Below, one piece after another: positions 41,343 through 51,063 of a DNA stretch of 64,000 bases. The stretch's first letter is position 1. Each line of letters begins with the position of its first letter. Under the pieces are notes generated by a model, which had not been told where the DNA came from, did no database searches, and worked only from the letters and a program-made list of their open reading frames with translations. Location: assembly GCA_965237955.1 (NCBI GenBank), contig OZ250169.1, positions 3,456,001 to 3,520,000 on the forward strand. Direction: 5' to 3'. The position numbers and the translations under genes are program-made. The DNA comes from Candidatus Marinacidobacterales bacterium (lineage in GTDB: Bacteria > Acidobacteriota > Vicinamibacteria > Marinacidobacterales > SMYC01).

Positions 41343-41822
41343 ATGGCACATCAGGAAATTCCTCAGATGGATGCGGGAAGCGGAAAAACGGTCTCGACGC
41401 CGTTCGGCACCGAGCGCCGTCGTGTGAAGGAGGCTAGCGGAGAAGTGAGCTCAGCCCAAGAGTTGAAAGTCGGCGAGCGAATTCGTGAGGTTCGCAAATC
41501 GAAAAGAATCCGTCAAAAGGTTCTCGCGCGCATGGTCGGTATTTCGCCAGGTGCGCTTACGAACTTCGAGAAGGGACGCAGGCGCATCTCGCTGGATTGG
41601 CTTCACCGTATTGCCGAAGCGTTGGACACGCCGGTGGCGTATTTTCTGCCCGACGAGAAGGGCAAGTCTCGGGCGACCCCCGGCGATCCGCGTGAACGTC
41701 GTCTGCTGAACGCGTGGCGCATGCTGGGAAAGAACGAACTGCTGCGGGCCGACTTTCGTCAGTTGCTCGATCACCTGGGTCGGGCCAAGGGCATCAAGAA
41801 AGTTCGCAAGCGGGCTTCGTAA
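41343..41822 (+). CDS. XRE-family HTH regulator
   Basis: GERIREVRK...QKVLA..VGIS...NFEKG...IAEALD. Confidence 0.88.
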   Translation: MAHQEIPQMDAGSGKTVSTPFGTERRRVKEASGEVSSAQELKVGERIREVRKSKRIRQKVLARMVGISPGALTNFEKGRRRISLDWLHRIAEALDTPVAYFLPDEKGKSRATPGDPRERRLLNAWRMLGKNELLRADFRQLLDHLGRAKGIKKVRKRAS

Positions 41823-41838
41823 ACGCGTTTCGCGTTTC

Positions 41839-42207
41839 TCAATCGGTGATCTCGGCAGAGAGCTCGACGTAGCGGTCGAGATAGCTTTGTAGTTTCTCTT
41901 TCGCGTCGTCCGACAGGTCGACGAACGATACCCCTGCGCCGATCACACGTTTGGTGTCGTCTTTCTGTTGCCAGACTGCTTTCGCTTTGACGCGGCACTC
42001 GCCGACACCCCACGGAAGTAGGAGGTGCAACTCCGACATCTGGTTCTTCTTCGGCGGCTCCGTCATCGTGAGAAACGCGCCCCCCAGGCTCACGTTGATG
42101 AGGTAGCCCTCACGCCGCTCGTCGCCTTGCTCGATCTCGGCGCGGATGATCGTGGGTGCCAGCTGAACGCGTGCGTGCTCCCGCTGTTCGGTAGCGACCT
42201 TGCTCAT
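41839..42207 (-). CDS. PilZ-domain protein
   Basis: QREHAR (RxxxR), NVSLGG (NxSxxG), GVSF. Confidence 0.88.
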   Translation of the reverse strand: MSKVATEQREHARVQLAPTIIRAEIEQGDERREGYLINVSLGGAFLTMTEPPKKNQMSELHLLLPWGVGECRVKAKAVWQQKDDTKRVIGAGVSFVDLSDDAKEKLQSYLDRYVELSAEITD

Positions 42208-42252
42208 TGGGATCTCCCCCTGACATTTTGTCGAAGTTTGCACATCCGAAGT

Positions 42253-42268
42253 AGCAAGATTTACGCCA
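42253..42268 (-). promoter_or_regulatory. sigma54 promoter of the PilZ gene
   Basis: TGGCGT-N5-TTGCT, about 45 bp before the ATG. Confidence 0.7.
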
Positions 42269-42389
42269 CTCGCGGTGCCGGGTGGACTATGTCGGGAAAT
42301 GTCGCGCAACTTCTTTACTTTGAGCGGTATCGACGCCGTTCGGTCTTGGTCGCGAGCCCTCGCGCGGCTCGGCAAGTGTGGTTTTCCGA

Positions 42390-43541
42390 CTACAGTCTCA
42401 CGTGAGGATCGAAGAGCCGCTTGTGCTCATCGAGCGCGAAGCGGTCTGTCATGCCCGCGATGTAGTCGCACACGACGCGATCGAGCCCGTCGTCATCGAT
42501 GCGCGTCGAGACGTGGGGTGGCAGTTGACGGGGATTGGCCACATAGCCCGCGAACAGATCGCCGATCACGCGCTTGGCTTTCTCCGCCATACGAACGACG
42601 CGGTAGTGGCGATAGAGGTTCTCGAAGAGAAACTGTTTCAGCTGCGCCTTTTTCTCTTCGACCGACACGGTGAAGCGGACGAGCCGGTCGGATTGACGCT
42701 GCACGTCGTCGACGCTTCCGATCGAAGCGCTCTCGAGCCGTCCGCTGGTTACGTTGAGGAGGTCGGTGACGAGCTCGTTGATGATGAGGCGGATGGCGAG
42801 CCGAATGTGAATCTTCGAAGATTCGTCCGGGTTCTCTTCCCGTGCCTGGCGGAAGTTCTTGCGCCATAGCGCCACCTCGTCCAATGACTCGAGCTCGAGA
42901 ATACGCGACGTGAGCCCGTCCTCGAGGTCGTGGTTGGTGTACGCAATCTCGTCGGCGAGGTCTGTGAGCTGAGCCTCCAACACCGGCTCCAAACCGTCGC
43001 GAAACTCGTCGGGACCGCTGTCTTGGTGCCGCGGTGAGTGTTTGAAAATACCTTCTCGAACTTCGTGCGTCAGGTTCAGGCCACGGTAGCCGGGGTAGCG
43101 TTTTTCGAGGTAGTCGACGATGCGTAGTGCTTGGAGATTGTGCTCGAAGCCACCGTGGCCCGCCATGAGCGCGTTCATCGCGTCTTCGCCGGCGTGGCCG
43201 AACGGGGTGTGGCCGAGGTCATGTGCCAACGTCACCGCCTCGGTCAAATCTTCGTTAAGACGTAAAAAGCGCGCCATGGTGCGTGCGATCTGCGCGGCTT
43301 CGAGGGAGTGGGTGAGGCGCGTTCGATAGTGATCGCCTTCGTGGTTGACGAACACCTGCGTCTTGTACTCGAGGCGGCGGAACGCGGTGCAATGGATGAC
43401 GCGGTCGCGATCGCGCTGGAACGCCGTGCGGAACGCATGCTCGGGTTCTTGATGCCGGCGTCCCCGGGAAGCCGAGCTGAGCGCGGCGTAGGGCGCGAGC
43501 ATTTCCCGCTCCTGTTTTTCGAAGAAAGCGCGATCGACCAA
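42390..43541 (-). CDS. dgt: dGTP triphosphohydrolase
   Basis: FQRDRDR, FRRLEYKTQVF, RTRLTHS, HDLGHTPFGHAGE, DYIAGMTD. Confidence 0.95.
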   Translation of the reverse strand: MVDRAFFEKQEREMLAPYAALSSASRGRRHQEPEHAFRTAFQRDRDRVIHCTAFRRLEYKTQVFVNHEGDHYRTRLTHSLEAAQIARTMARFLRLNEDLTEAVTLAHDLGHTPFGHAGEDAMNALMAGHGGFEHNLQALRIVDYLEKRYPGYRGLNLTHEVREGIFKHSPRHQDSGPDEFRDGLEPVLEAQLTDLADEIAYTNHDLEDGLTSRILELESLDEVALWRKNFRQAREENPDESSKIHIRLAIRLIINELVTDLLNVTSGRLESASIGSVDDVQRQSDRLVRFTVSVEEKKAQLKQFLFENLYRHYRVVRMAEKAKRVIGDLFAGYVANPRQLPPHVSTRIDDDGLDRVVCDYIAGMTDRFALDEHKRLFDPHVRL

Positions 43542-43606
43542 GGGTTCCCCTGACCGGATGCTATCAAAGCGGGCGGGCGAGAGCTACGGCCGGGTGAACC
43601 GGAACG

Positions 43607-43646
43607 ATAAAGGGGGGCCGAGCCTTTCAGGGCTCGGCCCCCCTTC
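43607..43646 (-). terminator. Strong hairpin terminator
   Basis: AAGGGGGGCCGAGCC-loop-GGCTCGGCCCCCCTT, then TAT on the minus strand. Confidence 0.75.
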
Positions 43647-43725
43647 CGTGCCTACGATAGGAGGGAGCTCGGACTTCCGAACCAGGCCCTTTCCCAGCCC
43701 GAAAGCATCCGGTTAAGTAGACATT
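43607..43725 (-). ncRNA. Candidate sigma54-dependent small RNA (~120 nt)
   Basis: Lies between a consensus -24/-12 promoter and a strong terminal hairpin; contains CTCCCTCCT. Confidence 0.5.
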
Positions 43726-43735
43726 GCTATTGGAT

Positions 43736-43751
43736 TGCAAGGCGTGTGCCA
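43736..43751 (-). promoter_or_regulatory. sigma54 promoter, consensus match
   Basis: TGGCAC-ACGCC-TTGCA. Confidence 0.8.
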
Positions 43752-44116
43752 CCTAATTGCGGCCCCCGGATGTCACTCAAGTGACATAAAACAATAACTT
43801 TAACGCCACGGACTCCATTCGTGCGCGAGCCCTCCTCTGTAAATTTTCTTTCCGAGGATGAAAAAGTTTGGTGATCGGAGGAGCGCAGCCCAATCAGCGG
43901 CATGTTCGGAGCGGGACACCCTGGGCTTTTCACCACACCATCCGGCGGCCAACCGCGGACAGAAGTCGTTATTGAGGTGTGGCTTACAAGGAGGAACGTG
44001 CGCAAAGATACGGCCCCGGCGCCCGCCGAAGAAAGCCCCCACACTTCCACGCGACGGCCCGAAAGCTCAAAATCTGTAACTATATGAATGTAAACCGCTT
44101 GTGTGTCCGCCTCGCT

Positions 44117-44132
44117 TGGAATGGCCCTTGCT
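44117..44132 (+). promoter_or_regulatory. sigma54 promoter of the pilin gene
   Basis: TGGAAT-N5-TTGCT, about 70 bp before the ATG. Confidence 0.6.
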
Positions 44133-44201
44133 AATTGGGGTCGGGTGAGCTTCCGTAAGTCGCGGAAGCTCGAAAGTTTTCGTTTGCCCGGGAGGATACC
44201 C

Positions 44202-45349
<1,148 letters not shown>

Positions 45350-45359
45350 GGAAGGCCAG

Positions 45360-45397
45360 GCCGGGCCCGGGGTTTCAGTCCTGGGCCCGGCTTTTTT
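45360..45397 (+). terminator. Intrinsic terminator after the pilin gene
   Basis: GCCGGGCCC...GGGCCCGGC followed by TTTTTT. Confidence 0.75.
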
Positions 45398-45459
45398 CAT
45401 TAGCGCGGGTCAGCTGATGGCTGAGAGCCGATGGCCCATGGCCGCCACTAGCCCAGCTC

Positions 45460-46377
45460 CTACTCCGCCGGAGCGTAGTACCCGAGCTTGGTACGAACCC
45501 TAAGATTCGGGTACGTCGACTGCACGACGACGCGGCGCCACGAGCCGTCGCGCTTCGGGTTGTTCGACACATAGCCGATGTTGTACTGATTCTTGAGCTC
45601 GGCGGCGATCCGCGCGTACACGTCGGTCAACTCTTCGATTTGCTCCGGAAAGAACCACTGCCCCCCGGTCTCCTCGGCGAGCTTTTTCAACACGAACTCG
45701 GCTTCCGAGAACGCTCGCGAGCGACGTCCGCCTTCGTGTCTCAACGAGATCGTGTAGATCGTCACGTCGGTCTCTTTTGCGAGCTCCATCACCCGCTCGA
45801 AGGTGACGAGCGAGCTCGTGTCTTCTCCGTCGGATAGAACGACAATCGCTTGCCTGCGGATATCTTGTCGGCGCCGGCTGAGGCCTTTGAGAGAAATGTA
45901 CAGCGCGTTGTAGAGCTGCGTCGTTCCGCCGGCCTGCGTCATGCGGATGGCGCGGTTGAGCTTCTCCACGTCGGCGGTGAACGGTTGCAGTACGTGAGGC
46001 TTGCTTCCGAACTCGACGACTTCCGTGAGGTCGTCGTCTTTCATCTCGTGCACGAAGTTGACGGCGGCCTTCTGGGCGAAGCTCATTTTCTGGTCCATGC
46101 TCGCGCTGGTATCGATGAGCAGCACCATGCGGATGGGTAGATCCTCCCGGGAGAACACCGAAACGTCCTGCGCGATGCCGTCCTCGTAAATCGAGAAGTC
46201 CTCTTCGAGCAGGTCGGTCACGAAGCGGTCGCGGTTATCGGTGACGGTGACGTTCAACGAGATGAGATCGACGGTGACGCGAAACTGGTAGCGACCCTGT
46301 TCTTGGGAGAGTGACGACGACTGCGTGAGCACGACGACGAGCGCGACGAAGCCGAATGTATGGAGAGGTCTACGCAT
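45460..46377 (-). CDS. Secreted VWA-domain protein (acidobacterial type)
   Basis: VTVTD, DTSASM MIDAS motif, LSDGEDT, ETGG, QYNIGY, GYYAP. Confidence 0.9.
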   Translation of the reverse strand: MRRPLHTFGFVALVVVLTQSSSLSQEQGRYQFRVTVDLISLNVTVTDNRDRFVTDLLEEDFSIYEDGIAQDVSVFSREDLPIRMVLLIDTSASMDQKMSFAQKAAVNFVHEMKDDDLTEVVEFGSKPHVLQPFTADVEKLNRAIRMTQAGGTTQLYNALYISLKGLSRRRQDIRRQAIVVLSDGEDTSSLVTFERVMELAKETDVTIYTISLRHEGGRRSRAFSEAEFVLKKLAEETGGQWFFPEQIEELTDVYARIAAELKNQYNIGYVSNNPKRDGSWRRVVVQSTYPNLRVRTKLGYYAPAE

Positions 46378-46424
46378 ACCTTACAAGGTCCAATATAGCC
46401 TTATACTGCGACCGTTGGCTAATC

Positions 46425-46928
46425 ATGTCTAACGCACCGAAACCGGTGAAACGAGCTGCCGTCCTTACCGTTAGTGACGGGGTCGCGGCGGGGGTACGCG
46501 AGGACAGCTCCGGGGAAGTCGCTTCGGAGGAGCTCCGGAAACTAGGCTTCGATGTCGTTGCCCGCGAAGTCGTCGCGGACGACAAGGCGCAGATCGTGGA
46601 TGCTGTGCGTGGCTGGACCGACGGGAGCGACGCGGAGTTGGTGGTCACGACCGGGGGCACCGGTCTCGGTCCCCGGGACGTCACTCCTGAGGCGATCCGG
46701 CCGATCCTCGAGCGCGAAATTCCCGGCTATGGCGAGCTCCTGCGGGCCGACGGCTTGCGCCATACCCCGATGGCGGTGCTGTCGCGGACTCTCGCGGGCA
46801 CCCTCGGGGGTGCTCTCGTCATCTGCCTCCCGGGGAGCCCCAAGGCGGTGCGCGAAGGGCTCGCCGCTCTCGCGCCGACGCTTCCGCACGCGCTCGAGCT
46901 CCTCTCGGGGAAAACGGAGCATCGTTGA
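46425..46928 (+). CDS. MogA/MoaB molybdopterin adenylyltransferase
   Basis: LTVSD, TGGTGLGPRDVTPEA, LPGSPKAV. Confidence 0.93.
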   Translation: MSNAPKPVKRAAVLTVSDGVAAGVREDSSGEVASEELRKLGFDVVAREVVADDKAQIVDAVRGWTDGSDAELVVTTGGTGLGPRDVTPEAIRPILEREIPGYGELLRADGLRHTPMAVLSRTLAGTLGGALVICLPGSPKAVREGLAALAPTLPHALELLSGKTEHR

Positions 46929-47038
46929 TGTTGTCACCGAACCGACAAGAGGCCATGGGGTACCTGATGATGACGATGGTGCGTCACGGATCGTCGAGGG
47001 GGCTTAGCGCGCCCGAAGCTCGAGAGACTCCGAAGAAA

Positions 47039-47374
47039 ATGGCCTCATCCAGACGCCGTCACCGTCGCATCGACGCCCTAGGGCGCGTTTTCGCGCAGCT
47101 CGGGGGTGGCTGGGAAGCATCGGTGTTGAACTTGAGCGTGGGCGGCATGCTCTTGCGGCTCAAGCGCGCTCTCACCCCCGGCTCGACCTATGTCGTGAAG
47201 CTCTTTCTCGAAGAGCAGATCGCCATCGTGGAGGCTCGGGTGGTACGACTGTCCCGGGCCGTCTCCGAGGAACAAGACGAAGAGGAGTGTTTCGCGGCTC
47301 TACAGTTCACCTCCGTCCCCACGAGCGACGCCGCCTGTCTCCGAGGCTACGTTAACCCCGATCGCAAATTCTAG
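47039..47374 (+). CDS. PilZ-domain protein
   Basis: RRHRR, NLSVGG, ARVVR, ALQF. Confidence 0.75.
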   Translation: MASSRRRHRRIDALGRVFAQLGGGWEASVLNLSVGGMLLRLKRALTPGSTYVVKLFLEEQIAIVEARVVRLSRAVSEEQDEEECFAALQFTSVPTSDAACLRGYVNPDRKF

Positions 47375-47489
47375 CCAGCTTCTACTAATTTGCGACGGGG
47401 GTTAATGACTGAGTCGTCTACCCTTCTTGCCCACCCCGAAACCGCGTGTTAAAATAACTGGTTTCGAGATTCTAATTGAGCGAATCGGA

Positions 47490-47831
47490 ATGAAAAAATC
47501 GGAGCTAACACAGCACAAGAAGGCCCTTCTTGCGAAGAAGGAAGACCTCGAGCACTCTGTCGCACACAAGGGTGTTCTGACCAGCTCGGCGACGGATGGG
47601 CACGGCGACTTCGCTGACCGTTCCGCGGCCGCGAACGAAGAAGAGATCAGCATTCAATTGCAACAGACCGATGCGAAGCTTCTACGCGCGATCGAGGACG
47701 CCCTTGCTCGTGTGGAAAGCGGCTCGTACGGCGTCTGCGTCGATTGCGAAGAGGAGATCACCTCCGCTCGGCTCAAAGCCGTTCCTTGGACCAAAGTCTG
47801 CATCAGCTGCAAAGAGAAGCAGTACTCGTAG
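47490..47831 (+). CDS. DksA/TraR C4 zinc-finger protein
   Basis: DFAD, YGVCVDC...RLKAVPW..CISC; TTGCCC-N17-TAAAAT promoter at 47427. Confidence 0.9.
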   Translation: MKKSELTQHKKALLAKKEDLEHSVAHKGVLTSSATDGHGDFADRSAAANEEEISIQLQQTDAKLLRAIEDALARVESGSYGVCVDCEEEITSARLKAVPWTKVCISCKEKQYS

Positions 47832-47864
47832 GTCCGGTTCCTCCCAAACTCCTCACAGAGCCCC

Positions 47865-48665
47865 GTGGATTTAGGTCTATCCGACAAGGTCGCCATCGTC
47901 GCAGGTGGTAGCCGCGGCCTCGGCAAGGCGTGCGCGATGACCCTTGCCGCAGAAGGCGCCGAGCTCGTCCTTGCGGCGCGCGATGAGAACACGCTGCAGG
48001 CGGCGGCGGCGGAGATCGAAGCGGCTCATGATCGTAGGGGCCAGAAGGTGCTCGCCGTGCCGACGGACGTGACGCGCGAGGAAGACGTCGATCGATTGGT
48101 CGAGGCTTCCATGGAAAAGTACTCGCGGGTCGACGTGCTCGTTGCCAATGCGGGTGGGCCGCCGGCCAGCCACTTCGAAACGACCGACGTTGCCGCGTGG
48201 AAGAGCGCTATCGAGTTGAACCTCCTGTCGACGATTTATTTGTGCCGCGCGGTGGTGCCGGTCATGAAACGCCAAGGAAGCGGCCGCATCGTCGCCATCA
48301 CGTCGATCTCGGTGAAACAACCCGTCGATGGCCTCATCCTGTCGAACACGGCGCGATCCGGTGTCGTCGGGATGATGAAAACCCTCTCCAACGAGCTCGC
48401 CCCTTGCGGCATCGGCGTGAACGTTGTCTGCCCTGGCTACACGAAGACCGATCGCCTCGTCGATCTGGCATCGCGCCTGAGCGAGCAGGAAGGCGTCTCG
48501 CAAGAAGCCATCCAAAAACGCTGGACGGATCAGATCCCCATGGGACGTCTGGGGGATCCAGCAGAGTTCGCTTCCGTCGTCGCTTTCCTTTGTTCGGAGC
48601 GCGCGAGTTACGTGACGGGCACGTGCCTTCAGGTGGACGGGGGAGTGGTGAAATCTGTTTATTGA
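47865..48665 (+). CDS. SDR-family oxidoreductase
   Basis: GGSRGLG, NAGGP, LSNTAR (atypical catalytic motif), VDGG. Confidence 0.9.
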   Translation: MDLGLSDKVAIVAGGSRGLGKACAMTLAAEGAELVLAARDENTLQAAAAEIEAAHDRRGQKVLAVPTDVTREEDVDRLVEASMEKYSRVDVLVANAGGPPASHFETTDVAAWKSAIELNLLSTIYLCRAVVPVMKRQGSGRIVAITSISVKQPVDGLILSNTARSGVVGMMKTLSNELAPCGIGVNVVCPGYTKTDRLVDLASRLSEQEGVSQEAIQKRWTDQIPMGRLGDPAEFASVVAFLCSERASYVTGTCLQVDGGVVKSVY

Positions 48666-48668
48666 TCC

Positions 48669-48789
48669 GCCGTCGGCCATCAGCCATCGGCCATCAGCTT
48701 GCGCCTCACTGAGATTTCGTGCTATTTCGCAACGTCAGTCCTAGCGGGCGGCACGGCGCGATATCGGCGGATGCCTGATGGCCGATGGC
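48669..48789. repeat. Inverted heptamer (GCCATCR)n element
   Basis: GCCGTCGGCCATCAGCCATCGGCCATCAGC ... GCCTGATGGCCGATGGC. Confidence 0.75.
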
Positions 48790-48854
48790 GGCGCCGCCGC
48801 GCGTAACTTCTTTGCTATCAAATACAAGCCCCGATATTGCGAGCGCCGCTCCTC

Positions 48855-48883
48855 TTGACAACAATATACCGCAGCTATAAGAT
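48855..48883 (+). promoter_or_regulatory. sigma70 promoter of nuoL
   Basis: TTGACA-N17-TAAGAT. Confidence 0.7.
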
Positions 48884-48969
48884 GCGACTCGTTTTGAAGC
48901 GCGGGAAGGACGCCTACCGACCTTTCTGTTCGTCTCATCTCTTTTATTCGCCAAGGGCGAGCTTCGATT

Positions 48970-51045
48970 GTGAGTGAATATTTCTGGCTTATTCCGCTTA
49001 TCCCCGGAGTAGGGGCCATCATCAACGGTCTCTTCGGTAAGCGTCTTTCCAAACCCGTGATCCACGGCGTGGCCGTGGGCGCGGTCGCGTTGTCGTTCGT
49101 CCTCGCGCTCTTCTGCTTTTTCGGCCCGTTCATATCCGAGGGTGGCGGGTACGTCGACGAGGAAACGCTGTTCACGTGGATTCCCGGGATGAGCGCCGCG
49201 CAGGCCGACGGCTCGACGGCGGACTTCACCGCCGAGTGGGAGTACCGGCTCGACTCGCTGTCGATGGTGATGGTGCTCGTCGTCACCGGTGTCGGGCTTC
49301 TCATCCATATCTACTCGATCGGATACATGAGCCACGACTCCGGCTACGGGCGCTATTTTGCCTACCTCAACCTGTTCACGTTCTTCATGTTGAACCTGGT
49401 GATGGGTGCGAACTTGCTTCTCATGTTCATCGGGTGGGAAGGCGTGGGGTTGTGCTCGTATCTTCTGATCGGGTTTTGGTTCGAGCGCGACGCCGCCGCG
49501 AACGCCGGCAAAAAAGCGTTCATCGTCAACCGCATCGGTGATGCCGTTTTCCTCCTCGCTATCTTTTTGATCTTTTATACGTTCGGCTCGGTCGACTTCT
49601 ACGCAGTCATGGAAGCAGTGGCCGCGGAGTTCGAAACTCCGGAGGTCGGCTGGGGTGTTCTGAGCGCGATTGGCGTCTTGCTCTTCGTCGGCGCTGCCGG
49701 AAAGTCCGCGCAGATTCCCCTACACGTGTGGCTCCCCGACGCCATGGAGGGTCCGACTCCGGTCTCCGCGCTCATCCACGCTGCGACTATGGTGACCGCG
49801 GGCGTTTACATGGTCGCGCGCTCGGCGGTGCTCTACGAGAAGGCGCCGAACGCGATGCTCGTCGTCGCGATCGTCGGAGTGGCGACGGCGATCTTCGCGG
49901 CTTCCATCGGTCTTTTCCAAAACGACATCAAGAAAGTCCTTGCGTACTCGACGGTGTCCCAGCTCGGCTACATGTTTCTCGGCCTCGGTGTGGGCGCGTA
50001 CGCCGCCGCCATCTTCCACCTGATGACGCATGCGTTCTTCAAAGCGTGCTTGTTCCTCGGATCCGGTAGCGTGATCCACACCATGGAGCACGCGGAGCAC
50101 GCATCGGGCGGCCACCGTGACTACACCGAGATGCAGGACATGCGCAACATGGGCGGGCTCAGGAAATATATGCCCCGGACTTACTGGACATACTTCCTGT
50201 CTACGCTCGCCATTGCCGGTATCTTCCCGTTGGCAGGCTTTTTCAGTAAGGACGAGATCCTGTGGGCGGCGTCCGACGAAGGTCACGTCACGTGGTTCTG
50301 GTTGATCGCTGTCGTTGCGGCGGGGATGACGGCGTTTTACATGTTCCGGCAAGTCTTCTTGACGTTTTACGGTGATTTCCGGGGCGGCAAGGAGATGGAG
50401 TCCCATCTCCACGAATCCGTGCCGAGCATGACGATTCCTCTCATCGTGTTGGCAGCCGGCTCCGTGGCAGCCGGCTGGGTCGGCATCCCGTTCGGGTATT
50501 CGTGGATCGGACCGTTTTTGCAACCGGCGTTGGACGCGGGCATGGTGATCGAGCACGAAGCCCACCACGCAACAGTTCCGCACGAACTTCTCTTCATGGG
50601 CATCTCCCTCGCCGTTGCGGCGGGCGGTATCTACTTGGCGTGGGCGAAGTATCGGAACAAACCCGAAGGCGACAAAGCGTTTGCCACGGCGTGGCCGGGC
50701 GTGTACCGGACGCTTTACAACAAATACTTCGTGGACGAGTTCTACGGCGCCACCGTGGTGCGTGGCACGCTCGGCGGTGCTCAGGGGCTCAACACGTTCG
50801 ATGCCGAAGTCGTGGACGGTATCGTGAACGGGGCCGCCAAGTCGACGTTGGGCACCGCCGACATGTCGAATCTCGCGGACGCGAGTCTCGTCGATGGCGC
50901 GGTCAACGCGGTGTGGAAAGTTTTGGCCAGCCTCTCGACCGCCTTTCGGCAGCTTCAGACAGGCGTCTTGCAAAACTATGCTCTCATGATGCTCGTCGGC
51001 ATCGGAGCTTTGATCGGCTTTTTCTACTTTTACCTCTGGACGTAA
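48970..51045 (+). CDS. nuoL: NADH:quinone oxidoreductase subunit L, extended transverse helix
   Basis: GWEGVGLCSYLLIGFW, GKSAQIPLHVWLPDAMEGPTPVSALIHAATMV, QTG.LQNY. Confidence 0.96.
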   Translation: MSEYFWLIPLIPGVGAIINGLFGKRLSKPVIHGVAVGAVALSFVLALFCFFGPFISEGGGYVDEETLFTWIPGMSAAQADGSTADFTAEWEYRLDSLSMVMVLVVTGVGLLIHIYSIGYMSHDSGYGRYFAYLNLFTFFMLNLVMGANLLLMFIGWEGVGLCSYLLIGFWFERDAAANAGKKAFIVNRIGDAVFLLAIFLIFYTFGSVDFYAVMEAVAAEFETPEVGWGVLSAIGVLLFVGAAGKSAQIPLHVWLPDAMEGPTPVSALIHAATMVTAGVYMVARSAVLYEKAPNAMLVVAIVGVATAIFAASIGLFQNDIKKVLAYSTVSQLGYMFLGLGVGAYAAAIFHLMTHAFFKACLFLGSGSVIHTMEHAEHASGGHRDYTEMQDMRNMGGLRKYMPRTYWTYFLSTLAIAGIFPLAGFFSKDEILWAASDEGHVTWFWLIAVVAAGMTAFYMFRQVFLTFYGDFRGGKEMESHLHESVPSMTIPLIVLAAGSVAAGWVGIPFGYSWIGPFLQPALDAGMVIEHEAHHATVPHELLFMGISLAVAAGGIYLAWAKYRNKPEGDKAFATAWPGVYRTLYNKYFVDEFYGATVVRGTLGGAQGLNTFDAEVVDGIVNGAAKSTLGTADMSNLADASLVDGAVNAVWKVLASLSTAFRQLQTGVLQNYALMMLVGIGALIGFFYFYLWT

Positions 51046-51063
51046 GTAAGCAGGGAACGCTTC

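Noticed and set aside
44135-44200. Hairpins before the pilin gene as a c-di-GMP riboswitch
   Set aside because: GEMM consensus (GGCAAAC...GCAAA) not recognisable
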